From NCBI GenBank assembly GCA_013239625.1, contig MU054391.1:1827130-1891129 (forward strand): a stretch of DNA of 64,000 bases, in the 5' to 3' direction. The translations under genes and the position numbers were made by a program. Positions 1 to 12,924 of this stretch are shown here, piece by piece; positions within the stretch are counted from its first letter, which is position 1; each line of letters starts with the position of its first letter. The stretch comes from Lama guanicoe (taxonomy: Eukaryota). A model generated the notes under the pieces. The model was not told where the DNA came from. It was given only the letters and a program-made list of their open reading frames with translations, and did not search any database.

Positions 1-360
1 GGCCCATGTGTACGGGGGGGCCATGTGTACTGGGGGGGCTCCAAAATATTACATGAAGTGAAAAAAATCAAGATGTAACAGAGAATATGATATGCTGTGT
101 TTTGTATAAAAATATGTAAAAAGACATACATGAAAACAAAGAGTTTAGGCTGGGAAAGGGGGAGTGCTTCACAAAATGGACAGAGGAGGCCAGGACCCCA
201 GAGGTGGGGTCAAGGCTGGGGCCTGAACTTCTGAGTGACCTCGGGACAAGAAAGCATTTGGCCGACCAGGAAGGTGCGAGGAGGTCGGGAGCAGCAAGGG
301 TTTATTGGACAACCTCCTTCCTGCAGGCAGTGACCGCTGTGTTTATTTTTTTAATAATAG

Positions 361-402
361 GAAAAAGAAGATGAAAGGCTTTATGAAGATAATGAAAGAA
401 AG
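361..402 (+). CDS. DCDC2C: DCDC2C penultimate coding exon (EKEDERLYEDNERK), phase 0-0
   Basis: Acceptor ttattttttTaataatAG ends at 360; donor AAG|gtttgt at 403. The 42-nt open frame is 10/14 identical to recalled human DKEDARLCEDVERK (from memory). Confidence 0.8.
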
Positions 403-1939
403 GTTTGTATCAAGAGATTCTTTAGCTTTGTGTCTCCTATTCTGAAGACAGACCTAACAGGATTGTCAAAGGCTTCCAGAAGCTTGTCAGGTGCTTCTGA
501 GGGGTGTAAGTCTCCGCTCGCCATGTACTACCGCTCTGTTCCCTGGAGGTGGGAAGCAGACTCAGAGCAGATGTTACAGCATTGCACGTGGGCGGGTGGG
601 TCCACGGTAAAGGCAGATAAACAGCAGGGGCGGGGAGCCCCCTTCAGGGTCGTGTGCTGGGTGACTCCCCCGTAAGTTGTCTGCAAGCGGGCACCTGGGG
701 ACACTCACTGAGACGTCCAGGCAGATGACCCACACCCCCGACTCCTGCTGCGGGGCTCGGGAGGAACCTGTCCACACGGCGAGGGCGCCGGAGGCGGACG
801 GGCCCCCGGCACGGCGGGGCTCACACCTGGGAAGGCCATGGCTCTGGCTGGGCGACTGGCCCCACGTGGCCGGCAGGGGCGCGTCCGGCTCCGCGGTGCT
901 GCCCTCCCACCCGCTCAGCAGTGGCTCTGCCCTGAGTAGAGTCAAGGCCTCTCTGTTATTTGGGAAACGACTAAGCGGCCATAGGGACTTTTGTCTGAGT
1001 GCCTGAGGCTCCAATTGTCTACTTCTAAGCTCACTTTGACTCCCCGACACCCCCTTAAAAACTTGGGCCGTAAATACTGATCGTCAGGAAGGTTCCCTAA
1101 GCAAAGCCAGCACACGGAAGCCACGTGAGTGTGACGTCAGCTCGGCCTGGAGTGTCGGCGCCTCCATCCCTCGTCCCTGCGTGACCTTGGGAAAACCCAC
1201 AAACTTCAGAGCCCCAGTTCCCTCTGCTCCAAGTTCGCTGTTCGACCGTTTATTTATAACAGATGAACCTCCGGGATTCGAGGTAACACGTCTGGAGTGC
1301 GCTCGCAGCTGTGCTTTATGTGAATCGGAGTGCGAACTTGCTGGGGCGTCCTGACAGCACCCGGGGGGAGGGTGCCCCTGAGCTGCACTTTGGGGTGAGC
1401 GTTTCTGACCCGCGGGTGCGCACACGGCCCTGTGAAACCCACCGAATCCCAATTTTAGCACTTCTACTAATTTGCACGTGTCCTTTGTTAAGTGACGCTG
1501 CTTCTCTGCGCCTCGTTAATTCAATCGACCATTATTTCACACATTTATAGGCTTACTTACCTCTGAAGAATCAGTTGGGACAATGGATTTGAAAGTTCTT
1601 GAAAAGCAGAACGTGTTTATGTTTAAAATGACATTTGCGTTATGTATACTTAAGCTAAACAATGGAAGTACATGTTTTCCAGCCGCAGACACTACATTCT
1701 ACCCACTCTCAACTCCTGTTAAAATCAGCGTAACCCGTGTTGTCGGGCGTTCCGCCCTGTGGAAGGGCCTCTCAGCCGCCAGCCTGTGCTGCGGAGACCG
1801 TAGCGGGTGTTCGCCTTCTGTCCCTGTAAGTCGAAGGGACGTCCGCTCGGCTTCTGGTGTCCAGTGGTTCTTTGGACGATGCATCGTTTGTTTGCATATG
1901 CGCTACTTGCTGTTTTTATCAGAACGTTTTGCCAGACAC

Positions 1940-2120
1940 AGTGGACGGAGAGTGCAGACTCTGGGCGCGAGTGCACTGTGTCGTGGGCACGGTTTCACTT
2001 CCCTGAGCCTCAGTCTCTTTACTTGTAAAACCGGCTCATTTCTCCCTTGTGGAGTCAGTGTGGGCGTTAGGAATGTTCACCACGTGCCCTGTCCGGTGGG
2101 CTGAGAGCTAACGGCAGCTC
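1940..2120 (+). mobile_element. MIR SINE remnant
   Basis: MIR core-like ttcacttccctgagcctcagtctctttacttgtaaaa. Confidence 0.6.
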
Positions 2121-2861
2121 CGTCTTTGTTGCTGTTCTCCAGGCTAGCCGAGGTTTCAAGTCCTTGACGGCAGGAAGTTCGCCTTTACACCCGCATTTTT
2201 CTTAGCGTCAGGCACACACAATGCCTTACTCATAGCTGGCATCAGCTGTATTTTTAAACTGAGTTTTGCCCTATTGTATCTCATGTTTTAAAATTCAGAA
2301 TACTTTATCAAATGATAAGCAATTCATATTTATAGTAGATTGTTAGCAAATACAAATAAGAAAAAGTAAAAACGTTGAATTCTTATTTAGAATCTATTTT
2401 TGCGTCTGTGTGTATTTCTCAAGCCTGCCTCCTTTCCGTTAATTTTTAAATACAGCATATTAAAGGGATCATGACTTGGCTGCTAATAGAAAAATTTATG
2501 TTGACAAGCACTGTGAATCAATATTGAGGATATTTTTGGAATTTAAGTTTTTTTAATATACTTCAGAATGCTGATTTTATTTATTTGAAATATAAGCATT
2601 TTGAGAAGAGCTTCCATTTATATTTAAAAAAAACCCCCCAAACCACCCACAAAACGACACATGAATCACGTGCTTATGTGGAGCCTGCCCGGAGCAGCGC
2701 GAGTCTCTCTGCTTCTTGGGTGTCGTCTGCTTTGACCATTGATCTCATGCCAGGATTTGAAAAGATGGTTTCATCCTTCTTTTACTGGAGTGCGTATTCA
2801 GTCTGATTTCTCATTGGGTATCTGTTTGTGATTGTAACAAAAAGTTGAGAGTCTCAAGAAA

Positions 2862-2884
2862 GGTTAGGGTTAGGGTTAGGGTTA
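2862..2884 (+). repeat. Short interstitial telomeric repeat GG(TTAGGG)3TTA
   Basis: Directly visible perfect TTAGGG units. Confidence 0.9.
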
Positions 2885-3079
2885 TGCTGGCCTGCAGGGT
2901 GCACTTACGCGCAGGTCTTTTCGATTTGTTGTCCTGCGGTGCAGCCACGGCCGGCTGAATCCGTGGGTGTGGGGCCTCGGCTCGGGAGGCACCTGCATGG
3001 ACAACTATTCGTCGTACTCGGATTTTTGACTTCACGGAGGATGGGCTCCCCGACCCCTGTGTTGTCCAAGGGTCGACTG
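2885..3079 (-). mobile_element. TcMar-Tigger (Tigger2/MER8-like) non-autonomous element, one end missing
   Basis: Reverse complement begins CAGTCGACCCTTGGACAACACAGGGGTCGGGG, a Tigger2-type TIR; TA at 3080-3081. Confidence 0.75.
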
Positions 3080-5929
3080 TAAACAGTGGATTGATTTACC
3101 CAGTAATGCATTTAAAAATGTGAAGTTTGGACCATGAAACCGGATGTGGAATTGCTCTGCTTCCTTTCGTGTCGGCTGATAATACCTGCAATTTGACATC
3201 CACAAAGGGCACTTGGAACCCTGGTGTGCAGGTTGGTGGCTTCGCTTTGTTTCTGCATCGCAGGGTGTAATCAGAACACGCATACCACTCCTGATTGACA
3301 GGCACCTGGGCAGGTTGCCATAGTGACAGGTTCTGGGCACAAAGATGAAATGATAATTGTGCATGCTTTTTCCAAACGCTCCAAAAATTAAGTATAATTT
3401 GACTAGTAAGTGTGCTATCAGTAAAACATTTCTTAGATAAGATTTTTAGCATATATATTCATTGACGTATGAAATACTCCATCACCTTGTAGGGGAACAT
3501 TTGTTTTATGACAGTGTTTTGTGTGATTAGATCCAGTTGAAGTCCCTTCAGACGCATGTTGAAGGCGGCACTGGACCAAACCTCAAAGCCTGTTGGGCAT
3601 CATGTGTTCAGTCCTGTCCCTGTGATGGAAGAATAGCAGGTTTTGTCTGCCTTTGGAGCATCTACAATTTAGCCCACTGGAAAAGCCAGAGAGAAAAATT
3701 ACCCAGCAACACAGGACAAGAGCTCATGTCTGTTTAAATTTATTCCTTGGGACAAATGTAAACTTAAAAGAAAATGTATACTCGAGTGTCGCTTGTTCTG
3801 TTAAAATCTTGATGTTCATAAATGGAAACATTTAGAACATAAGTATAAATTGAGAACCTGCTGTCTAGCGCCTGATGTGACAGTGGACCACTGGGGGTCA
3901 TTTTGTCTGCAGGTGACCGCCCGAGGCTAGAATTAGTGTCAGGCACCCTTTGTGTGCGCAGCATGCATTTTCGGTCTGAGGTGGACTCGTAGTTCAATCT
4001 TCCGGCCCAGGAATGCTGCTAATAGTGCTGGGCCATTGGACCAGAAGGAGCAGTGCCTGGGTGAGATGGGGGAGCAGGTGCGCCTTCAGGCGATGGCTGG
4101 CCTCACCGTGCATGAGCGCGCAGCCTCACGTGGGGTGCTGGTGGCCCCGTGTCTCCCCGACCCACACTCTGTTCGGACTGGAGGGCCGCCCCCTCCCTCT
4201 CCGGAAGAAATGCAGCTTCTCAGCTGTCACTTGTGGTGCCTCGTCTTCCACTCTGTCCTAATGCCCTGCCTCTAATTGGTTCACGAGTCTCCTCTTCCAA
4301 GAGCCTCTTAAGTTGCCCTTCCTGGCCATTTCTTCATGTTCTCTTTCTTCAGCAGTTGTGCTGTTTCACTCATGCCTTTCCCCCTCATTCCCCCCGAGTT
4401 ACTTTGTGTGTGTTCTCACGTTTTTCAGCAAACCTCTCACATGCCCGCTGTTTGTTTTTCCTGCCGGGTGGCAGCTCCCGGCATGAGGGCCGAGTCTTCT
4501 GCTCGAGGAGCGCTGACTTGTTGACGGAATTCTTAACCGAACAAGCCTGGGCCTTCTAGGGCTGGAACTGGGCGTAAGGGAGAGACTGGCCTCTCACAGC
4601 CGTTAGTCTTCAGCGTTTCATGTGCTGAAAGACTGGCAATTTCAAAGCACAATACGATTTTTGGGCGGAGTCAGCAAAGCAAGACACCTGGGAGACGGAA
4701 TAGAACCCTGTGGTATTTCTGGCAGGACAGGTGGGAGCAGGGGGTCCGGCCCCGATCGGTGTTCTGTGCTTGTTTTCTTAAAAAAAGAGTCACGTTCTAT
4801 TTTGTGGTTTTTTTGGTCATTATGACTCCACCCCAAATCATGCTGTGGCCCGAAACCTCATCGGACGGGGAGTTTAGGGAGACCCGGGCTGGTCGTTGTC
4901 AGAGCCCCTGCTTCCAGAGGGCGGCCGAGGCTGGGGGGCGCGCACCTCACACAAGGTCACGTAAGTGACGCGTTGCTGTGTTTCCAGCTGTAAAATGAAT
5001 GATAACGCAGTGAAACGTTTTTTTAAAAATAATCAAAGTAATGGTTTATATCAGTTGACATAAATCATATGTAAGTGGTTTAACATACTTGACAAATGCC
5101 GGGCTCGGAACACAAGGCATTTTCCATCGCCTGCAGCTGCTGACAAAAACACCACTTAAGCATCTTGCCGAAATCAAGCGTGCTCGCAGATCCATAGCAA
5201 ACAGTGATTTACTCTGGTTGCCTGCTCCGTCAGGCCAGCAGGAGAGGGGTTCATTTAATTAGCATTGCCAGAAATGCCAGCGAAGCCAGGGGGGTTTTGA
5301 TCCAGCATTGTCTCTGACTCAGGACTTTTGTGACAAAATGAAAAGGGCATTGATTCTTTCATTGATTTTTGGAATTCATTGCCTGCCCAGTGTCTTGACT
5401 ATTTTTTTCGTTTTATTATCTTAATGCTACTCTGTCACTGCAGCTAAGTATTTTATTGCTTGCCTAAGAGACAAGGTTACTATTGATCAACATTGGAGTC
5501 TCAAAAGCTAAGTGGAGGTCATCAGTACTGCTGAGTAGGATTTGGTGAATTAAATGTTAAGAAACAAATATTTTAGAGAATTATGTGGCTTTAGAAGAAC
5601 AAAGCTCGGATTCCTCTGAACGTAGGAGATTTATCTGGATTCAAGCAAAAAGGGGGATGTTCGCTTTAGACTAGAAGAGCTGCTTTAGCTTTAACTGCAG
5701 ATATGTATTCTGCGTAATGCTATTCATTAATAAAGCAGGAGGTGTTGAGCTGATGTTTTATAATAGAACAGACATGGATGAACCAATCTTATCTTTTCAT
5801 CTGGTGGGCTCCACTTCTGTTGAATCCTTGCCAGTTTTAGAAATTGCATTTAGGGACCTGAAGGAGGAGATGAAATGGGTCCAGTCTGGCCAAGAGAAAT
5901 AGCCCGTGAAAGATCAGCAAGTTATGGGA

Positions 5930-6200
5930 GGCACACGCTCGGGGGTCTTCTGCACCGCGTGGTGACTGCAGTTAACACACCGTGCTGTCCACTTGGAATT
6001 CGCTGAGACAATAGATCTCAAGTGTTCTCAGCACCCCCAGAACAAGGCGACGATGCGAGGTGATGGACGGATTCACTAACCTGATTGCTGGAATTGGTTC
6101 AGGATGCGCACATCTATTGAATCATCCTTAGAAAACACGGTGTTGTGCCACCTGAATATATATGGTCTTGACTGTCACATACCTCAGTAAATCTAGAAGA
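5930..6200 (+). mobile_element. Old L1 (L1MA9/L1MA10-like) 3' end
   Basis: gtggtgactgcagttaac…gtccacttggaattcgctgagacaatagatctcaagtgttctca…gaggtgatgga…acctcagtaaa resembles the L1MA 3' UTR. Confidence 0.7.
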
Positions 6201-7654
6201 CAAGGTCAGTCCTGGGGCCAGTCCTGGACGCGTCCGTACCTTTGCTCCTGGTTTCTAGGCTGAGGATCCACGACGCCCTCTGAGCTCCCCTTCTCCAGTG
6301 GACTCAGTTCTTCCAGCATCCATGGGGCTGGCCATCCCCGCCCCTCCCAGGCCTGTGTCTGCCGCGGCCCCTGAGTCCAGGCTGCCGGCCCCGCGGCTCT
6401 TCCAGCAAACCGTCCTGCTCTCTCAGCCGCTGCCTCGGGGCAGAGGGCGGAATCCTGGCAGTGCTCTGGGATCAGGCCCTCTCTGTCTGTCTGATGGGCT
6501 CAGTTTATTCCTTGACCTTGACTTTGTGGAAGGGAGGGGAGGGGATGTGGAGCCGGGTGCTCAGGCAGGTGCATGCTCCACACCAGCCTGTGTCCGGCCG
6601 TCCATCCATCAGTCTGTTTTTCTCATTCACCAGTTGTCCACAGGATTATGTGTTATAGAACATCAATTTTAAGCAGATGAACGAAGCTCTCACTGGTGCG
6701 TCCCCGGGACACAGGCAAGAACAGCCCTGGGATTTTGCTTTGACCAGACTCTTAGTTAGAAGTGTCAGCAGGAGTGCCTCCACGGGGTGGCGGGTGGGGG
6801 GGCTCATGCGCAAGTAGCAGGAACAGGCGCTGAGAAAGGAGGAATTACTGCTCAGACCAGCGTGTGTCCCCCCGGCTGAGTCTGGCCTGGATGGGGGGGC
6901 ACCAGCCGCTTCCGTTCTCCGTGTGTGGTCATCTGATCGCACTGCTGTTGCCTCGGGTGGAGGGTTTTACTAGAATATGACCAACTACTACACAGACCAT
7001 TGCAGTAACAAAAGGAAAGCGTTTTGTTCATATTTGCTTGGTTTTCCACATGATGTCAAAGAGATGCTACCTATAACTTTTAAGACATATGAATTATTTT
7101 AAATTATGAGGATGTCTGTGGTCGGTCCATAGTGTTCTTGTCAGGTACAGAGAACCCAGGGTTTAGGTCTATGTAACGTAGCCAGGGCCATAAATACAAT
7201 TTTTGGAAACAAAAAGTAACATTTGAAATTCTCATGTCTGGGAAAGGTGCGTGAGAAACCTTTACGGGCTGCCTGCACCGCATTCTGGAAAGGCCCTTTT
7301 AGGTTTATTTATTACTTAGCTACCTGAAACTGATAGCTACATTTTGGAGCAAAAATGTGTATTTTCCCATGAGTAGTTCAGAGGAAAGGAAATCAGAAAC
7401 ATGAAAATGAAAGGGGCTGGAAAGTCCACGGGCACTTCGAGTTGACAAATGAGATTGTGCAGGACCTTTTTACCTGATTCTGCGTGTCTCCTGTGAGCCC
7501 GGCAGCTTTTGCCCAAGGGAGCGCCAAGACGAGAAATGGCAGGGTCCCTGCGGCTCAGAGCTGGTCTGCTGTTGAGACTGCGCGGAGAGGCCGTCCGCGG
7601 GGCTGTGTGGTATCGACTCAGGTCACGGCGTGTTTCTTATTTTCCCATCTTCAG

Positions 7655-7682
7655 GGTTGGTCTGTTTTGATATTTGAAGAAG
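7655..7682 (+). CDS. DCDC2C: Candidate alternative micro-exon (GWSVLIFEE-), phase 0-1, non-canonical GC donor; read-through instead gives a stop at 7715-7717
   Basis: Strong acceptor tttcttattttcccatcttcAG. The putative donor AAG|gcgaat is weak. It supplies exactly the 0-to-1 phase change needed between exons 361-402 and 10273-10331. Confidence 0.35.
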
Positions 7683-8308
7683 GCGAATCCATGGCAGTGC
7701 AAAAAATAGTTGTATAAATAAAACTCACATTTCTGCTTGGAAATAGAACGAGCAGGAAGAGACAGGCCTTGCTGAAGCTGTTATATATCAGAAGGCAGAT
7801 TTACACTGCAGTGAAATGCATTCAGCAGTGCAGCTCACAAATTGTAAATATTGTAGGCACAGGCTTGTGTGAATTTTAGCAAACTGCACGTGTGTTTGGG
7901 TGCAACGAAGTGCTCCCAGACGTCCTCTGATTCCGTCCTCTGTATCAGAAGCTGGTGCAACATCCTCTGTCACCGCAGTCCAAGCCAGCGTCACAAAGTC
8001 CACACGTCTACGACTGATAATAAGCCTGTGTTAGACCCGCAGCGTTAGGCCCCTGCCCTGGCCGGCCCCTGCCTGGCCGGCTGTCCGTGGAGTACCCCGG
8101 GTCTGTGGGATCGTAAAATCCTGAGCCAGAAGCACCCCTAGGAAGGAGCCTTCTCCAGTCCTTCCATGTGACTGAGGAGGAAATGGAAACATCTCTTGGC
8201 TTCTTTCAATATTGTAATTTTTATAATTTCCATGTCACATTAGAAATATTTCTAACCAATTCCAAATATCCAGTGGGGGTATACTCCACGTTTGTTATCT
8301 ATTCAGGT

Positions 8309-8885
8309 AAAAGACTGCAAAGTTCAATGGGAAATATAGCCAGTATTTTATAACAACTGCAAATGGAGTATATACTTTAAAAATGATAAATCACTGTACT
8401 GTAGACCTGTAACTCATTTAAAGTACATCAGCTGTATTTCAGTTAAACTTAAAAAAAATGGAAAAGTTTGGCAGTCTCTTAAAAAGTTAACCATCAAGTT
8501 ACCATATTGCTAGTCTATTTTATATGTAGGTATTTACCCAAGAAAAATTAAAACATGTCCACAAAAAAAAGAGGCAAGTAGAACAGAGGTAATTTTAAGA
8601 GTGCAGTGATTATTAGGTGCAAAGTCAGTTATTAAGTGCAAAGTTTGTTTACCTACTGGATGCATGTCAATTTGATATTTTGTAACTTGCTGTCTAAATT
8701 GTTTGACGGAATATTTTGTGCTTTTGGGGTAGTAGTCTTTATTAATTTTGTGTGTTTTTTTAAGCAAGATGAGTTATTCTGTATTAAAAAATTTGTAAGG
8801 AAAACCCTGACGTCATGGAAATAATTACCATTTTGAGAAAAAATAAAAATAATTTTTCAATTACAAAAAAAAAGACTGCAAAGTT
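8309..8885 (+). mobile_element. 5'-truncated L1 with 3' transduction, flanked by 16-bp TSD AAAAGACTGCAAAGTT
   Basis: TSD at 8309-8324 and 8870-8885. L1 3' end at 8325-8450, A8 at 8451-8458, then ~400 bp extra sequence, AATAAA at 8842-8847 and an A tract from 8865. Confidence 0.8.
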
Positions 8886-9336
8886 GAGACACAGAAAGAT
8901 GCAATGAGATGCAGACTTGTCATCCGATTAAGCAATGGCCGCGCTGCTGAGCCTGGCGGGAAGGCTGCAGGCAGGCGGAAGGGGAGGCTCCGTGTGGGAA
9001 GAGGGTTAGGATGGTGTTTTTCATGCAGAGTTTCTGTTCTTGCTTGCTAGATATAAAAGTAAGCAAATAAAAGTAAAAAATCAGATTAAACAAATTAAAA
9101 TAATAAAAGCTATCTATAGAGTGGATTCTTTCTCCTAATTGTAGTTCAGAGAGCATCCTTGCAACTGGTGAGCTTGGAGGCTGTGGCTGAGTTTATTTCG
9201 GGCCTTGGAGGCCTGATGCATGAAGTGGTGAGAGGCTGAGGGTGCCAACGTTAGAACTAACGCGCGGGCGCCTGTGTTTGTGACGTGCCGGGCGCGTTCA
9301 GGGGTGCTCTGTCAGATTCTGATGAACACTTCAGAG

Positions 9337-9559
9337 CGATGGCTCTCAAGCTTGCTGTTCTCAGGACCCCTTTATACACTTAAATGTGACCGAGGCCACA
9401 AAGGGCTTTTGTTTGGTGGGCTATAGCTGTCGGTAGTTACTGTGCTAGGAATGGAAACTGGGAAATTTAAAACCATTTATTTATTTATTTAAAAATAGCC
9501 ACAATAACTCATATAAATAGCATATTTTTCATGAAAGAAAAAGACCATATTTTCCAAAA
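9337..9559 (+). mobile_element. hAT-Charlie (Charlie1-like) terminal fragment
   Basis: tctcaggacccctttatacacttaaa…aaagggcttttgtttg…gaaactgggaaatttaaa…tattttccaaaa matches the recalled Charlie1 end. Confidence 0.7.
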
Positions 9560-10272
9560 TACCTCCGCCTCCCACTCTGGGCCCGTCTCTGCCCCGCGCC
9601 CCTGGCCCGGGCTGGAGTCTCTCCTGGCTTCAGTTCTTGCGGACCTCCCATAGCGTGGAGAGCCCCGTGACGTCTGAGCGCCCGCGTCTAGGTGTGGACG
9701 CCCTGCTCCCTCTCCGGGAAGGCGCGTCCCGAGCCCCGAGTTCATCCTGCTCTCCGTGGATGGCGCTTCCCGTCGCCCTGAGCAGGCAGAGCGGTGCCCG
9801 CCCCTCCTCCCTCTGTTCCCCGCCGCGCCCAGCTGCTCAGTCCTGAGTTCCTCCCGGCGCCCTCGCTCGCGTCTCCCTCCCGCTGCCTCGACCTTGGTCG
9901 ACTCCTGGCCTCACACTGTCCTCCTGACTCTGTTTACGCCCCATTAACTGTCACTGCTCTGCTCGAAACTTACCTTGTGAAGCCAGCCTTGTCCTCTCTG
10001 CACTTTGGCAGCTTCTGAAGTCCTCCGTGTTGACAGTTGCACGTGTAGTTCGGCGCCGTCTCATTTCGCATGCATTCCATGCGTGTGAGTCGGCCACTAG
10101 GGTCACCGCAGATTCGTTGAGGATGGAGACCCCACACCCCCTGGCAGCCTGGAACCGGGACGGCGGAGCCTGGGCTCCCAGAGGGGCTCACGGGGTAACT
10201 GGGGACTGGCGAATGTTTGACGTTTTAGGGGGTAGACATTGAAGCAAGGGTCGAAATCTCTCTCTCTTTCAG

Positions 10273-10331
10273 ATGTTTTAATGGAAGAGAGAGGAAAACC
10301 CCAGAGTCCTGAACTGTTTAAGAACAAAGCG
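10273..10331 (+). CDS. DCDC2C: Candidate alternative exon ((D)VLMEERGKPQSPELFKNKA), phase 1-0
   Basis: Acceptor tctctctctctttcAG; donor GCG|gtagga. Purine-rich 59-nt open frame, phase-compatible with the exon at 17244. Confidence 0.5.
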
Positions 10332-12924
10332 GTAGGAAATCCTTCTGGTTTCAGTCTCCGCAACCGAAGTTCCCTCTGTTTTCAGAAAAGAGCCCCATCT
10401 CCCTGAATTCTTTCTTTGACTCCGCCGACGGCTGCTCCCTGTTCTGCTCCACGAGTGGCCCCTTGTTTTATCTCCTGCCTTTGTTGTTCTCGTGTCGGAG
10501 TTTTAAAGACTCTAAGAATAACCGTGAGTCCATGAGGGAAGAACTCGGCGGAGCAGATCTGTTTCTGGAAACAGTGTCTTACAGGCTTGCACTTGGCTTT
10601 TCCAAGAGGTCAGAATGATTGCAGGATCAGTATCAGCTGAAATCCTATCCTTTTCCCAGTAAATAATTTTGACAGCCAAAGTAGGCATTTTGGCCAAAAT
10701 ATCTTACTTCCTTTATCCTTTAGAAAGGAGAAGAGAATGCATTCAATATAAGAAAGAAATTCATTGTTATAACAGACATTTAAAAAAATGGTCTTAAGGT
10801 GGTTTCAAATTCCGTCTGCCTGGGCTATGCTTACAGTGTGCTTGTAACTGAGGAAGTCTCCATGGTGAGAATTCTCCCTGTCACCCTCATTCTGGTCTCA
10901 GAGCCTTGCAATGTAGGTTGAGGGCCAGTCTACCTTCTACTGAAATATCAGTGACTCTTCCTTTCTAGGTCTGTTTTGGCAAGGCTAGATCGTTTTTTAA
11001 AAGTTGGGAATATAAACTAGAGATAAATTCACGTACTGACATGTACAGAGTTCACATATTTTTTTCCCCTTCTCAATAACGTGGATAACTGAAAATCAAA
11101 GACAGCCCCAAATACCTTCCCCGGAGTGTTCCGTCCCGACCCCAACCTCAGGACCTCTCGTGCAGGCTGATCACACCTTTTATTCTTTCTGCTTATTCTC
11201 CGAAGGCGTTTGGGATGAGAGGGTGGAAGCTATGGGTGGGTTAGCCCAGGAATGGCATAAACGGATCAGAGGAATCCAGGACGAGTCCTGGAGGGGCAGT
11301 GTGTGTGCTGGGAGCAGGGTCGAGCCCCGTTTTTCTGGGTATCGGCTCAGATGAGTCAGATCCCTCGTTGCAGAAGGTACCAGAGCATCAGTCAGTATGC
11401 ATATGAAGGAAGACACGGTGCCTCCACTCTATTTTCCCCATTCTTTGTGATTGAGTTGGCATTTTTGAGAATCTGTTTCTTTAGAGGTAATGGAGCAAGA
11501 TCCAAGGAGACGCTTCCTTAGCGCTGCCTCATATCAGCGGCCAGTGACCCCTGGAAAATGGCAGAGACAGAATATGGTATCTCGTGCCTGTGTTTTCAGC
11601 CCAGCATGGCTGTGAAATGTCTTGGGAAGTATTTTATGGCACTTTGAAGGATGGGCTTTGGCAGGTAGATTTTTCATGTTTAATCTTCGAGGTGGTGATA
11701 AGGACCTACAGGTTGCTTACCACACTCTGTCAATGAGGCCGCGCGCCAAACCGAACGGCCCTGAGAGCAGTTTGATAAAATGCAAGCACAGCAATACCCA
11801 TTTAGCTCTCATTTTTAAGCAATGATGAGCTTTGTAAAGTGATTTTCCGTATGTAGGTGCCTCTCCAGATAAGCCACGCTTTCTTCGTTTTTCAAAACCC
11901 GGCTCCTGGCGCGCCCACCAGTGTCTTGCGCGCGGTGGGCGAGTCTCTGCTGCGTTGCTCGGTGTCTTCAGAGATGACTGAGGTCCGCGGGCGCTGGGCC
12001 CTGTGCAGGGCGGCGCCTGCCTGCTGCGCTGTTTGGGGTCTCCCGTCTGGTTTGTCGTTCTTCCTGCCCCCTGTTGCCTTCTGCCTGCTCCTAGTGGCTT
12101 CCCTCGTTCCTCCCCGACCCGCGGCTTCTGCTCGGGGCAGGGAGGCCCGCGGAGCGCGGCTTTCCGGAACTGTGCTCGGGGCTCCGGGGGAGACCCTGAG
12201 GGCTTTCCCGGCGACAGTGTGTAAATTTCACCACGTGGACTCCGGGCACTTTTTTAATGTTTTTGTCTTTGCGCTTTCAGCTCTTTCCTGGGTAAGTGAC
12301 GTTTCAGGCCTGGTGTGGCTCGGAGGAGGGGTGTTGCTCCAGTGCCCCTGTGAGCCCGGGGTCTGCTGCCCCTTACCTTGCAAAGAAAGCGGGGGGCTGG
12401 CTTCTCACACGCTCCGCTTCCCAGAGCCTGAGGCGGTGGGTGGGCTGGCTCCCTAGTGTCTTGTCCTGTGCGGTTTCCTTCCACAGCTGGCTTGTCTTCA
12501 GCAGCGCTGCCGAGGTGTGACTCCCTGCCCTGGGGCTGGACGGGTTTTGGCAAATGTGTGCGGGCCCATGGGTCGCGGGGAGCGAGGGCAGGCCAGGCTT
12601 TGGGTCTCAGCGCTTCTGCGCCTTCCTCACTTCCAAGACTTCCCCTTAAACGTCCAGATGCTCACCTGCTCTGAGCCGTCATTGGCCGATTTGAGCCGAA
12701 AGGCTGCGGTGGGTGAGGGGTTCCCTCAGGCCTGAGAGGGACAGAGTCCGAGACCACAGCAGCCTGCAAACAGCAGATCCGCATCACGGCCTGGCTTCCT
12801 TTGGTGCTTTCCAGTGCCGGCAGAGCTGTTTCTAGTCATTGTAATGTTTCTTTGGCTTTATAACTCTGTCAGCAGGAAGAACGACCCGACCCTCCACTTC
12901 ACGGCACTGTTCCCTTCTTGAGTC

